This document shows positions 45,610 to 55,232 of a DNA stretch of 64,000 bases, one piece after another. Every line of letters starts with the position of its first letter. The stretch's first letter is position 1. The position numbers were made by a program, and so were the translations under genes. The notes under the pieces are model-generated. The model saw only the letters and a list, made by a program, of their open reading frames with translations, was not told where the DNA came from and did not search any database. The DNA lies in assembly GCA_963663865.1 (NCBI GenBank), contig OY760686.1, positions 2,304,001-2,368,000 on the forward strand, given 5' to 3'. The stretch comes from Spirochaetota bacterium. Its GTDB lineage: Bacteria; Spirochaetota; UBA4802; UBA5550.

Positions 45610-45661
45610 GTTTAACGATATATCTTCCGGCATTGCCGTCCCGAAAGGGGCGGCATTTTTT
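45403..45661 (+). repeat. 259-bp direct repeat, copy 2
   Basis: Identical to 42885-43143, including the terminator at 45634-45661. Confidence 0.9.
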
Positions 45662-46097
45662 ATTCGTAGTATTTCTCGCGGTCAGAGTAGACGGTGAATT
45701 CCAGTTCCGCTATGATTTTCCCATCACGCTTTATGTCAAGAAGGGCAAGCCTGTAGTCTCCCTCAAGCAGGTCGGAAATAACACCGTGCAGTGCCTTCTT
45801 TTCAACTCCGACATTGTCATTTCTAAACAGTACATCTATCCAGCCGACTTCCTGTTTCTGGATCAGAATGCCTATTTCACGCTCTCTCTGGGGCTTCCTG
45901 AATACGTATGTCCAATTGACTGATTCAGACTCATCTACATAGAGCCTGCCTTTAATGCGCCTGAACGAGTCATCCTGCAGGCGTTTTACCGCGAAATCGC
46001 CCGAGTCGCTGCCGCAGGACGCAAGCCCCGCAAGAAGCGCAAGCGTAAACAACCAGCTGAATACGACTTTAAGATTACAGCGCATATTTCCTGTCAC
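45660..46097 (-). CDS. Hypothetical lipoprotein
   Basis: Lipobox LASC; overlaps the upstream stop; last gene of the operon. Confidence 0.7.
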   Translation of the reverse strand: MTGNMRCNLKVVFSWLFTLALLAGLASCGSDSGDFAVKRLQDDSFRRIKGRLYVDESESVNWTYVFRKPQREREIGILIQKQEVGWIDVLFRNDNVGVEKKALHGVISDLLEGDYRLALLDIKRDGKIIAELEFTVYSDREKYYE

Positions 46098-46303
46098 TCA
46101 ACTTTATACTGATCTTTATCAAGCTCAATTGTCTTACCTTTAGCCTCTTCTCTACGGCTGCCTTCCCTGTTTCTGTCCGTCCGGCCTGTTCCTCTCCCTG
46201 GCATGTTCCTTCTGACCGCTATCACAAGTCTGAGCATAGTTATGATAAAGACGATCAGAACAAAAAGAAAGATAAACTTTAAAAGTCCGATAATAAACAT
46301 CAA
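46094..46303 (-). CDS. Small single-TM protein
   Basis: Hydrophobic N-terminus, charged tail ending IELDKDQYKVE; overlaps both neighbours. Confidence 0.65.
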   Translation of the reverse strand: MMFIIGLLKFIFLFVLIVFIITMLRLVIAVRRNMPGRGTGRTDRNREGSRREEAKGKTIELDKDQYKVE

Positions 46304-47046
46304 ATCTCCCTCTGGTTTTGCTCGCAGCTTCTAATTATCGCGAGCATTGATTCTACAGCCTCTCTGAGTCCAGTGAAAACTGCCCTTGAGATTATGGAAT
46401 GGCCTATATTGAGGTCATTCAGGCCCTTTGCTTTCAGCAGCGGCCCAAGGTTGTCATAGTTCAGTCCATGTCCAGCGTTAAGCCCGATCCCTATGTCCGA
46501 GGCATACTCAGCGGCACGCATAAGCCGCCCCGTCTCATGGACGACTTCGTCCCTTGACATGGCATTCGAATAAGTGCCGGTATGAAGCTCCACGTAATCC
46601 GCACCGGCCTCAAGCGACAGTTCAACTATTCGAATATCAGGCTCAACAAAGAGCGACACGACAGTACCTGACTCTCGAAACTCTGTGCAAACGTCTTTAA
46701 TCCGATCAAAGCGGCTTTTCACATCAAGGCCGCCCTCAGTGGTAAGCTCCTGCCTCTTTTCAGGGACCAGTGTTATCTGGTCAGGCCTTACTTTCCTCGC
46801 CACGCTTATAATATCGTCGGAGAGGGCCATCTCAAGATTAAACACCCCTTTTACTGTCTCCTTGAGGCGAAACACATCTGCGTCCTGGATGTGGCGCCTG
46901 TCCTCTCGCAGGTGCACCGTTATTCCATGGGCTCCGGCCTGCTCGCATATCTCAGCTCCCCTGATGACATCCGGCTCAGCCCCCCCCCTGGCCTGCCTCA
47001 GTGTAGCAATATGGTCAATATTTACACATAACTTTATTAGATTCAT
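46300..47046 (-). CDS. pdxJ: Pyridoxine 5'-phosphate synthase
   Basis: VNIDHIATLRQAR, HLREDRRHI, LTTEGGLD, NAGHGL, NIGHSII. Confidence 0.97.
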   Translation of the reverse strand: MNLIKLCVNIDHIATLRQARGGAEPDVIRGAEICEQAGAHGITVHLREDRRHIQDADVFRLKETVKGVFNLEMALSDDIISVARKVRPDQITLVPEKRQELTTEGGLDVKSRFDRIKDVCTEFRESGTVVSLFVEPDIRIVELSLEAGADYVELHTGTYSNAMSRDEVVHETGRLMRAAEYASDIGIGLNAGHGLNYDNLGPLLKAKGLNDLNIGHSIISRAVFTGLREAVESMLAIIRSCEQNQREI

Positions 47047-47091
47047 TGTTCCCTCCGGGGATCACCCGTCAATTCTGACTGAGATAACCGA

Positions 47092-48054
47092 TTATTTGGG
47101 CACAGCCGTTATCTTCACTCTTTCGGGCTTTGAAAAAAGCCAGTCATCCTTCCGCAACGGCTTTTTGCACAACACTGCCACATCCAGTTCCTGTTCAAGT
47201 TTTTTCGCGGGGCCTGACTGTTTAAGCGCCGAAAGATCGACAAATACCTCAAAATCGGCAACAGCTACATCCAGCTCCTGAACAGTCCTCAGTGTTACCC
47301 TGACACTTTGCGGCTTTATCCTGTATTCAAGATACCGGCCCGGATTTCTGAAAGAAACCGGTATCGAGAACTCATAATTGCCCTCATATTTATTGATTGG
47401 AACTGTGACGGTGAAGACAGAATCTGAGACATTTATGCCCTTCAGAGAATACTGTTTTAAAATTTCAAGTTCTTCTATGACAGTGCCATCTTTACCCGTA
47501 ATGTCCAGTTCGACTGTTTTCAGGACATTAAGGCCCTGCATCTCAGACTGCGGCCCCTCAACAACCGTAAACTCGGGGTTGATGGAGACCTGCCCTGCGA
47601 AGTATCCTTTTTCAGGCTCCCCGAGGATCTGCGGAAGAACACGAATTGTTCTCGTAACAAGATTTTCAAGCCTGACATATATATGGGACATACCCAGGCT
47701 GATCGTGACATTTTCAGGGACATTTGACTTAACCAGCTTAAGCGGATACCGCTTTTTTGCGCCTGGTCTGGCCCCTTTTAGATTTGCAACGGCCTGAATG
47801 TCCTTTATCTGGACATTTTTCAAACTGTCGGACTTGCCTTCAAGCCTTACGATGACAAAGCGGTGTGACTGTTCCGCGACCACCGTAGATGACGGGAGAT
47901 CCTTGATTGTTATTGGTATTCTGAATTCGACTTCAGATATCTGCCCATTAGCTATGTAGGCCCAGAGCGCTACAGCCGCAAGCAGACTGCCTGCCTTGGG
48001 CAAATGGGCTTTAACAAACTTCGATTCCTTGATTTTATTGTAGAAAGTACCCAT
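47092..48054 (-). CDS. YbbR-like domain protein (CdaR-like)
   Basis: K..SLLAAVALW TM anchor, repeated YbbR-like beta domains, directly downstream of cdaA. Confidence 0.85.
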   Translation of the reverse strand: MGTFYNKIKESKFVKAHLPKAGSLLAAVALWAYIANGQISEVEFRIPITIKDLPSSTVVAEQSHRFVIVRLEGKSDSLKNVQIKDIQAVANLKGARPGAKKRYPLKLVKSNVPENVTISLGMSHIYVRLENLVTRTIRVLPQILGEPEKGYFAGQVSINPEFTVVEGPQSEMQGLNVLKTVELDITGKDGTVIEELEILKQYSLKGINVSDSVFTVTVPINKYEGNYEFSIPVSFRNPGRYLEYRIKPQSVRVTLRTVQELDVAVADFEVFVDLSALKQSGPAKKLEQELDVAVLCKKPLRKDDWLFSKPERVKITAVPK

Positions 48055-48855
48055 TTAACTGCTGTACTCCTCATAGGCTGTTTTTGGATTCATATAAAAT
48101 AGAATCATGTTCTTCAACTCGCTCTCTTTGACCCTGGGATACATCTTTCCGTTTACCATGAGAACAACTGAGCCCGTTTCCTCGGACACCACAAGCACAA
48201 GAGCGTCGGTCTCCTCGGCGATACCGAGAGCTGCCCTGTGCCTGGCTCCATGCTGTTTCTTCAGCTGCTTGGAATCGCTTAACGGAAGATAGCACGCCGC
48301 CGCTGAAATGAGTCCGCCCTGGACTATTATCGCTCCGTCGTGAAGAGGTGTCGGAGGATAGAATATGGTACGGATAAGCTCCTCGGAAATTGAAGCATTA
48401 ATAGCAACACCGGACTCGATGTAGCTCTTAAGGCCCGTGTTGCGTTCTATCACAACCAGCGCCCCTACGCGCGCCTGCGACATCGAAAAAAGCGCGTTCA
48501 CGAGTTCGTCAAGCTGAAAGGCTTCCTTATTGCTTTCAGGGTTGAGCCAGCTTCTCTGGCCGAACTGTGTTATAAGCCGCCTGAGTTCGGGCTGGAAAAT
48601 TATTATTACTGTTATGATAAGAGATGATGACAGGTTAGTAATGAGCCAATCGAGGGTTTCGAGCCTCAGCAGCTTTGAAAGCGCGGCAACGATCAGAATT
48701 ACAAAAAGCCCCTTCAGAAGCTGAATTGCCTTCGTCTTCCTGAGAAAAGAATAAACCCAGTATACGATGAAAGCAACGATAAAGATATCCGCTACGTTTC
48801 TGACGTAGTCCCAGAAAACACCCAGGTACTCCAATATTTTTTCGCCAGCTCCCAT
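48055..48855 (-). CDS. cdaA: Diadenylate cyclase
   Basis: Three TM helices, FQPELRR, LHDGA, GARHRAA, VSEETG. Confidence 0.95.
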   Translation of the reverse strand: MGAGEKILEYLGVFWDYVRNVADIFIVAFIVYWVYSFLRKTKAIQLLKGLFVILIVAALSKLLRLETLDWLITNLSSSLIITVIIIFQPELRRLITQFGQRSWLNPESNKEAFQLDELVNALFSMSQARVGALVVIERNTGLKSYIESGVAINASISEELIRTIFYPPTPLHDGAIIVQGGLISAAACYLPLSDSKQLKKQHGARHRAALGIAEETDALVLVVSEETGSVVLMVNGKMYPRVKESELKNMILFYMNPKTAYEEYSS

Positions 48856-48861
48856 AATCTC

Positions 48862-49671
48862 TTAAGAAATTCCTTTCAGCTTGATTAGCGCGTCAAGGGC
48901 CAGCCTGTGCGCCCTGACATCGTGTACCCTTATGATGTCAGCGCCGCTCATCACCGCCGCTGAATTCAGCGCTATTGTCCCGGGCAGACGGTCTTCGCCT
49001 GGGCCGTAAAGTCCCGCTATCATCGACTTTCTTGAAAGACCGATCAGCAGCGGGAACCCGAGCTCCTTAAATACTTTAATATTCTTTAAAATAAGATAAT
49101 TACCGTCAAATGTTTTTCCGAAGCCTATGCCGGGATCGAGAATAATTTTCGATTCAGGTATGCCTCTTGCCGTAGCAAGCCCCGCAGCGTTCTTCAAAAA
49201 GGCCGCGACCTCACCGACAAGGTCTCCGTAATCAGTGTCGCTCTGCATAGTCTCGGGCACACCCTTTATATGCATTAGAACAGCCAGAGCTCCCCCAGCG
49301 GCAACCACATCAGGCATTTTATCGTCGAACGTAAACCCGCTTATATCATTGATTATAGTCGCGCCAAGCCTGATGACCTCGGCCGCTACCACCGACTTTG
49401 TCGTGTCGACCGATACAGGAAGCCCGGTTGAGACAGCGGCCTCGACAGCCGGACAGACCCTGTCAAGCTCCTCCTGACCGCTTACCGGTTTTGATCCGGG
49501 CCTTGTTGATTCACCGCCCACATCTATAATATCAGCTCCCTCATCTGCCATCTGAAAGGCGCGGGAAGCAGCTGCCTGCCTTGTAAAATAACGCCCGCCG
49601 TCATGAAACGAGTCGGGAGTTACATTGAGAATCCCCATAAGAGCGGGGGTCGTAAATACATGAACCGTCAT
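48862..49671 (-). CDS. folP: Dihydropteroate synthase
   Basis: MGILNVTPDSF, GGESTRPG, DPGIGFGK, SRKS, RVHDV. Confidence 0.97.
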   Translation of the reverse strand: MTVHVFTTPALMGILNVTPDSFHDGGRYFTRQAAASRAFQMADEGADIIDVGGESTRPGSKPVSGQEELDRVCPAVEAAVSTGLPVSVDTTKSVVAAEVIRLGATIINDISGFTFDDKMPDVVAAGGALAVLMHIKGVPETMQSDTDYGDLVGEVAAFLKNAAGLATARGIPESKIILDPGIGFGKTFDGNYLILKNIKVFKELGFPLLIGLSRKSMIAGLYGPGEDRLPGTIALNSAAVMSGADIIRVHDVRAHRLALDALIKLKGIS

Positions 49672-49680
49672 ATCCCCCGC

Positions 49681-50700
49681 CTACAGAAGTAGTGATACTG
49701 AAACGGTATTGTTCATGCCGTAATCAATCTTGTCAAAACTAAAGGCGTATGAAACGCTAAGGCCGTAAACCGAAAAAGCGGCGCCGGTTGAAAATGTATT
49801 ATCGCTTATTCCCATGCAAAATTTAAACTCCTCCATCAATTCGTACTGAACTCCCCCGGAGATTATGTAACCATCCTGTTCAAGTCGTTTTGTCACCACA
49901 AATGAGAACATAAAGCCAGAGTCCGCCTCAATAGACGCACCAGCGGAAAGCTGAGGATACGCGAAATCATATTCTTTTTTTACTCCCTGGTACTCACCTG
50001 CCGGCCTCAAACCGCTTCCGAGGTCGGTGGCTGAGAACGCGGCTTTCAGGAAGGGCAGCACATATACCTGAACACCGGCGTCAAGACCTGCTCCCGCGTA
50101 TGAGGCGTCATCAATCTTTTCATAAAGGCCTTTTAATGATATTCCCATATCTGTTATTCCCGCGCTCCAGGCATAGGACAGATATGAGACTGCGGAAACA
50201 TACTGGGCCTCGCCGAGATAGCCCCCGGAGCTGTCATACTTATCGATTCCCGTCGAAGCCAGGGTGTAGAGTCCGGCCCCGGCAACACCTCCGAAGAGGC
50301 CGAAAGCGGCTCCTGAAAAGGCCGCCTGCCTTGATTCGCTTAGCGCTGAGGCTGAAAGACCAATATCAAGAAACGGAGCGTCGCTTTTATCCTCTGAAAA
50401 GTTCATCAGGTCGCTCTCGGAAATGCCGCTCACAGCGCCCTCCCTGGCCTTTTTCCTAATTTCCTGAGCATCCATCTTCTTTCTCGCCCTGAGCTGCATG
50501 AGGCCGGCTGGATTCCAGTATAAGGAATAGACATCGTCGGTAACGACGATCCCTGTCTTCCCCATTGCAACATTCCTGGCGCCGGCCCATCCTGAACGCG
50601 TAAAAGCGGCCCTTGAGCCCGCCCCGTCCGCGTATGCTCCTGACGCGAGCACGAGCAGAAGAAAAGAGCATATTACAAAATGTTTTACTTGCTTTCTCAT
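49681..50700 (-). CDS. PorV/PorQ-like outer-membrane beta-barrel
   Basis: Signal peptide; GARNVAMG...D....YWNPAGL motif; amphipathic strands. Confidence 0.7.
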   Translation of the reverse strand: MRKQVKHFVICSFLLLVLASGAYADGAGSRAAFTRSGWAGARNVAMGKTGIVVTDDVYSLYWNPAGLMQLRARKKMDAQEIRKKAREGAVSGISESDLMNFSEDKSDAPFLDIGLSASALSESRQAAFSGAAFGLFGGVAGAGLYTLASTGIDKYDSSGGYLGEAQYVSAVSYLSYAWSAGITDMGISLKGLYEKIDDASYAGAGLDAGVQVYVLPFLKAAFSATDLGSGLRPAGEYQGVKKEYDFAYPQLSAGASIEADSGFMFSFVVTKRLEQDGYIISGGVQYELMEEFKFCMGISDNTFSTGAAFSVYGLSVSYAFSFDKIDYGMNNTVSVSLLL

Positions 50701-50704
50701 AATA

Positions 50705-51067
50705 TCAATATCTCACAAGAACCCGTATTGTCTTTTTTCCATAGCTGTCCGTGGCACTGTCCCTTGCCGTCACTTTGATAATGTACAGGCCCGGCTTAAC
50801 CACATTGCCTCTTGTGTTACGCCCGTTCCATCTAACGTTTCCGGGTGAACTGTAACTCCTTCTCGCCACAGTATCTCCGTTAACATCGAATACATCGATG
50901 GTAAACTCATCAAACGCCGGCAGATTGAGAAACGCTACGGCCCCTTCCGATGGATTGAACGGCACTGGCGCGGCTATGACATCCTTCATGTCGTATGAAT
51001 AAAGCTCCATCCCCGGAAGAAGAAACAATGCGGACAGAATAAATACAGCTGCTTTTGAAAACTTCAA
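50705..51067 (-). CDS. Stand-alone FlgD-Ig / T9SS sorting-domain-like secreted protein
   Basis: Signal peptide, then PVPFNP, IDVFDVNGDTV, WNGRN..G..VKPGLYIIKV; probable TTG start after a G-rich RBS. Confidence 0.7.
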   Translation of the reverse strand: MKFSKAAVFILSALFLLPGMELYSYDMKDVIAAPVPFNPSEGAVAFLNLPAFDEFTIDVFDVNGDTVARRSYSSPGNVRWNGRNTRGNVVKPGLYIIKVTARDSATDSYGKKTIRVLVRY

Positions 51068-51198
51068 TACGGCCCCCCTGTTAAGAGTATGCGTTAAGCA
51101 CATAAGCTTTTTCCTGAAATGTATGCATCTTGTCATATAATAATCATAGGTGTATTCTGAACACAGCGATATCTGTGGGTCAACAAATAAAAGAACGG

Positions 51199-52005
51199 CT
51201 ATTCGGAAAGATTAATATGAGCATCATCCACAGCCGCTTCAATCTCGGCTTCGGAACACGCGAGGCCCCGGTGGTTTGTATCGACAACAAAATAGAGAAG
51301 AAACTCAATGTTCCCCGCAGGGCCTTTTACGGGTGACCAGGTTATCCCTCTGCACAGAGCTCCCTGCAAAGCCAGATTATCTATTACCCTCGTGACAATG
51401 GCTGAATGCAGCTTCCTGTCCCTCACCACGCCTTTTTTCTGTTCGCTTTTCATAGCTTCAAACTGCGGTTTGATTAAAAACACTCCGGACGCTCCGGTGA
51501 ATGCCGCAGCTGCAGCAGGAAAGACCTTCGTTATGGATATGAAGGATAGATCTGCGGCGATAAATTCCGGAGCGGGGTCAAACATACCCGGCTCAAGATA
51601 TCTCGCGTTAGTCCTGTCCATTACCGTTACCCTGGGATCCTGACGGAGAGAGTAATCGAGCTGCCCGTAACCCACATCGATAGAGTACACACGCGAAGCG
51701 CCTGCCCTGAGCATGCAGTCGGTAAAACCGCCTGTGGAAGCCCCCAGGTCGGCGGCCGTAACCCCATGAAGGTTTATCGAAAAAAAGTCCAGCGCTCTTG
51801 CAAGCTTGTAACCGCCGCGGCTCACGAAGAGGCCCCCCGGCCTTTCGACACTGATGTCCTCATCTCCCGCTATTCCGTGAGAAGCTGTTCTGATGGTCTC
51901 CCCGTTTACCTTCACCCAGCCGGCGAGTATTTCACGCTTCGCCTTTTCCCTTGAAGCGGAAAGCCCCTTTTCAGACAGGTACAAGTCAAGCCGCTGTTTT
52001 TTCAT
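51199..52005 (-). CDS. tlyA: TlyA family rRNA methyltransferase
   Basis: S4 domain, VSRGGYKL, DLGASTGGFTD, LIKPQFE, GNIEFL. Confidence 0.93.
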   Translation of the reverse strand: MKKQRLDLYLSEKGLSASREKAKREILAGWVKVNGETIRTASHGIAGDEDISVERPGGLFVSRGGYKLARALDFFSINLHGVTAADLGASTGGFTDCMLRAGASRVYSIDVGYGQLDYSLRQDPRVTVMDRTNARYLEPGMFDPAPEFIAADLSFISITKVFPAAAAAFTGASGVFLIKPQFEAMKSEQKKGVVRDRKLHSAIVTRVIDNLALQGALCRGITWSPVKGPAGNIEFLLYFVVDTNHRGLACSEAEIEAAVDDAHINLSE

Positions 52006-53903
52006 TTCACCGTTTTTTTCCTGCGAGAAGGCTTCAGGCTTTCTATCACCCTTTGAGCTATAGAAGGCCCGTCAAGCCCGCATTCCGCAAAGAGCTGCTC
52101 ATTCGTACCATGAGTAATGAACTCATCAGGAAAGGCGGCAGAGAAAAGTCTCTTTGAGGCAAGCTTTCGGGGAAGCCTGGCGAGCAGTTCTTCTCCAAAA
52201 CCTCCAGACTCATAGGCATTCTCTACGGTTATAAAGGCCTTCGTTTCTTCGATAACAGCCAGAGCGGTCTTTTCGTCGAGCGGCTTAATGCTTCTGACAT
52301 CAATAACGGCTGCATTAATACCATTTCTTTTCAAAATTGAGGCCGCTTCACGGCTGATCGCAAGCATATCGCCCACGGAAAAAACAGCAAGGTCATTACC
52401 GGCTGATATTATCTTCATTTTCCCCGGAACAAAGCGCCTGGGCCGGTATGGGGTTTTACGCGGCTTATCATCAAAGCCCCTTGGATAGCGTATAGCAAGC
52501 GGACCGGAGTCGTGAGCGGCGGCGAAGTGTATCATATCTCTCAGCTCATCCGCGTTTGACGGAGCAAGTAGCATGAAATTAGGTATCGCCTTTATTATGG
52601 ATATGTCGAAAAGTCCGTGGTGTGTTTCTCCGTCGCTGCCGACAAGCCCTGCTCTGTCTATTAGTATCCTGACTGGAAGGTTCATTATGCCGGCATCGTG
52701 TATAAGCTGGTCAGCGGCTCTCTGTAAAAACGTTGAGTATATTGACACAAAGGGCTTAAGCCCGGTCTTCGCGAGGGCGCAGGCGAAGGTTACGGCGTGC
52801 TGCTCGGCAATGCCTACGTCAAAGAGCCTGTCCGGCGCTACCCTTTCAAATTCGCCAAGCCCGGTTCCAAGCTTCATAGCAGCTGTAATAGCGACAATTT
52901 TTTTATCTGCAGCGGCAAGCTCACCAAGTGTCCTTCCCGCGATTGTTGAATACGAGTCCGGACATTTACTGTCAACGCTTTTGCCGGTAAGCCTGTCGTA
53001 TGGTCCGGTACCGTGAAAGCGGCAGGGGTCATCTTCAGCGGGGCGGTATCCGTGCCCCTTGTGCGTGATTACATGTATAATTTTTGGACCGCTGTTGATA
53101 TCCCTCACTTTAGAGAAGACCTCGCACATCTGGTCAATCCGGTGCCCGTCAACAGGCCCGAAATACCTTATTCCCAAATCCTGAAACAGATTGTTTGCGG
53201 GCATAAGGAAGCCCTTGATACTGCTGAATAGCTTATAGAAGGCTTTAAAGAGCGGCTCTCCGGCAAACGGTATCTTCCTGAGAGCCTCCATGGTGTTTTT
53301 CCTGAACCTGTTATAGGCGGGACCCGATATCAGTCTTGTTAAATATGTCGAAAGGGCCCCGACATTCTTTGAAATGGAGTGCTCATTATCATTGAGGATG
53401 ATGATTATATCATTACGAAGCCTGCCGATCTGATTCATAGCCTCAAAAGCCATTCCGCCGGTCATGGAACCGTCTCCGATAACGGCGACTACCTTATAAT
53501 CTTCGCCATTCATGTCACGCCCTATCGCCTCACCCGCCGCGAGCGACAGGCTCGTACTGCTATGGCCGACATTGTAGGCGTCAAACGGGGATTCGGATAT
53601 TTTTGGGAAGCCGCTAAGCCCGCCGTATTGCCTTATGCTGTGAAAGCTGTCCTTCCTTCCCGTAAGAATCTTGTGCGCGTAGCATTGATGCCCCACATCC
53701 CAGATAAGCCTGTCATTCGGCGTGTTGAATATATAGTGGAGCGCTATTGTAAGCTCCACAACCCCAAGTGAAGAGGCAAGATGCCCTCCACGGCCGGAGA
53801 GTGAGTCTACAATAAACGCACGGACATCCTCAGCCAGAAGAGAAAGCTCTTCAACTGAAAGACGCCTGAGGTCTTCTACGCAGTTTACTTTATCTAAAAT
53901 CAT
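52002..53903 (-). CDS. dxs: 1-deoxy-D-xylulose-5-phosphate synthase
   Basis: GGHLASSLG, WDVGHQ, GDGSMTGG, GIAEQHA, DRAG. Confidence 0.97.
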   Translation of the reverse strand: MILDKVNCVEDLRRLSVEELSLLAEDVRAFIVDSLSGRGGHLASSLGVVELTIALHYIFNTPNDRLIWDVGHQCYAHKILTGRKDSFHSIRQYGGLSGFPKISESPFDAYNVGHSSTSLSLAAGEAIGRDMNGEDYKVVAVIGDGSMTGGMAFEAMNQIGRLRNDIIIILNDNEHSISKNVGALSTYLTRLISGPAYNRFRKNTMEALRKIPFAGEPLFKAFYKLFSSIKGFLMPANNLFQDLGIRYFGPVDGHRIDQMCEVFSKVRDINSGPKIIHVITHKGHGYRPAEDDPCRFHGTGPYDRLTGKSVDSKCPDSYSTIAGRTLGELAAADKKIVAITAAMKLGTGLGEFERVAPDRLFDVGIAEQHAVTFACALAKTGLKPFVSIYSTFLQRAADQLIHDAGIMNLPVRILIDRAGLVGSDGETHHGLFDISIIKAIPNFMLLAPSNADELRDMIHFAAAHDSGPLAIRYPRGFDDKPRKTPYRPRRFVPGKMKIISAGNDLAVFSVGDMLAISREAASILKRNGINAAVIDVRSIKPLDEKTALAVIEETKAFITVENAYESGGFGEELLARLPRKLASKRLFSAAFPDEFITHGTNEQLFAECGLDGPSIAQRVIESLKPSRRKKTVK

Positions 53904-53946
53904 TGGGCAGCACCGGGAGCGGTTTGATTTGCATCAGGATTACATC

Positions 53947-54285
53947 CTAATACTTTTTACGTTCCTTGTCGTGATTGAGCCTGTTCATCAGATAAACGGC
54001 CCCGTAAGCGCCTAAAAATCCGGCTATGATATTAACTCCCGCCCCTTCAGCCAGGAAGGAGAGTACCAGCTTTGTAATGTCGAGAAGAAAATAGTCCAGA
54101 ATAAATCCGCCAATCAATGCCCCGATTACGGCGACAACAAATCCGCCTATATACCCACCAAAGAGGTCTCGTCTTTTCAGATGATAATAAATAGATGCGA
54201 CAGCCCCCGCTATCATGAGATAAATAGCGATTGCTTTCAACACCAGCAGAAATCCACGTATTTCAGGCGACATATTTCCCACCAT
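53947..54285 (-). CDS. Small membrane protein (GlsB/YeaQ/YmgE-like)
   Basis: Gly-rich TM helices VIGALIGG and GFLGA. Confidence 0.65.
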   Translation of the reverse strand: MVGNMSPEIRGFLLVLKAIAIYLMIAGAVASIYYHLKRRDLFGGYIGGFVVAVIGALIGGFILDYFLLDITKLVLSFLAEGAGVNIIAGFLGAYGAVYLMNRLNHDKERKKY

Positions 54286-54308
54286 CCTTTATTTATGATT
54301 GAACAGGC

Positions 54309-54911
54309 CTAAGCCCATTCTCCTTTTCCCTTTCTCAGGAGCTCAGGAGCCCCGCTGCTGAAATCAACAATAGTCGAAGGTTCTGATATCTTTTGCCCGG
54401 CGTCAACAACAAGATCAACCTCATTGGCATATACGGCTTCAAGGTGCCCCGGATCAACAACATACTCCCCGGAAAGAGTATTAACGCTCGCGGAGAGTAT
54501 CGGCCTGCCGAGAGTGCGGACAAGTTCTAAGGCAATATTATTATCGGGTATCCTGATGCCAATAGTTTTTTGGTTTGTGGTGACAATTCTCGGAACGAGC
54601 TTCGAAGCCTCAAAAATAAAGGTATAAGGACCGGGCAGGAGACGCTTCATCGTCTTGTAAGCCTCGTTGGAGACAAGTCTCGCGTATTCGCTGACTGCTG
54701 AAATATCGCTAAAAATAAAGCTTAGAGGTTTTTTCCGGTCAATTTTCTTGAGCCTGTATATTGTGTCTATGGCTTTTTTACTCAAAATGTCGCACCCGTA
54801 CGCGTATACGGTATCGGTCGGATATACTATCAATCCTCCCTTTTCCAAAACCTCAACAGCCCTTTTAATGAGCCTTGCCTGAGGATTAATCTCGTGTATT
54901 TCGAGGATCAT
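54309..54911 (-). CDS. Sua5/YciO/YrdC family (threonylcarbamoyl-AMP synthase-like)
   Basis: YPTDTVY, PGPYTF, GIRIPD, PSTIVD; N-terminal HEINPQ.R suggests the YciO subtype. Confidence 0.9.
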   Translation of the reverse strand: MILEIHEINPQARLIKRAVEVLEKGGLIVYPTDTVYAYGCDILSKKAIDTIYRLKKIDRKKPLSFIFSDISAVSEYARLVSNEAYKTMKRLLPGPYTFIFEASKLVPRIVTTNQKTIGIRIPDNNIALELVRTLGRPILSASVNTLSGEYVVDPGHLEAVYANEVDLVVDAGQKISEPSTIVDFSSGAPELLRKGKGEWA

Positions 54912-55025
54912 ATCCGTTTCTCCGATTATTATTGATTATCGTAAGAAATTCACATATACTTTATTTCTGCCACGGGCCTTAAAAGAGACACAGGTTTGTG
55001 AAAAGGCAGCTGTCGTGAATGATAC

Positions 55026-55066
55026 AAAAAAAAGGCTTTTGCGGAGGTGCTTTCCGCAAAAGCCTT
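55026..55066 (-). terminator. Orphan strong Rho-independent terminator
   Basis: 14-bp perfect stem aaggcttttgcgga/tccgcaaaagcctt with a poly-T tail on the minus strand. Confidence 0.75.
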
Positions 55067-55174
55067 CAACCTGGTAGATTAATACTCTGGAGTGTTTGAT
55101 ATTAATCAATACTATTTTCGGTAAGGCACACAGCAGCATTAGAATTTTTCTAAAACTTCTTGCAGTTAAGCGTA

Positions 55175-55201
55175 TTATCGGCAATAATACGCCCGGCTTA
55201 A
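55175..55201 (-). promoter_or_regulatory. Candidate sigma28 promoter
   Basis: TTAA-N15-GCCGATAA on the minus strand. Confidence 0.45.
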
Positions 55202-55232
55202 GGATCATGACTTTTCATTCCCGGAGGAGCCA

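Noticed and set aside
42885-45661. Diversity-generating retroelement template/variable repeat pair
   Set aside because: The repeats are identical, with no adenine-specific mismatches, and no reverse transcriptase is in the window.
54936-55208. 90-aa minus-strand ORF
   Set aside because: It runs through a strong terminator and has no RBS or recognisable motif.
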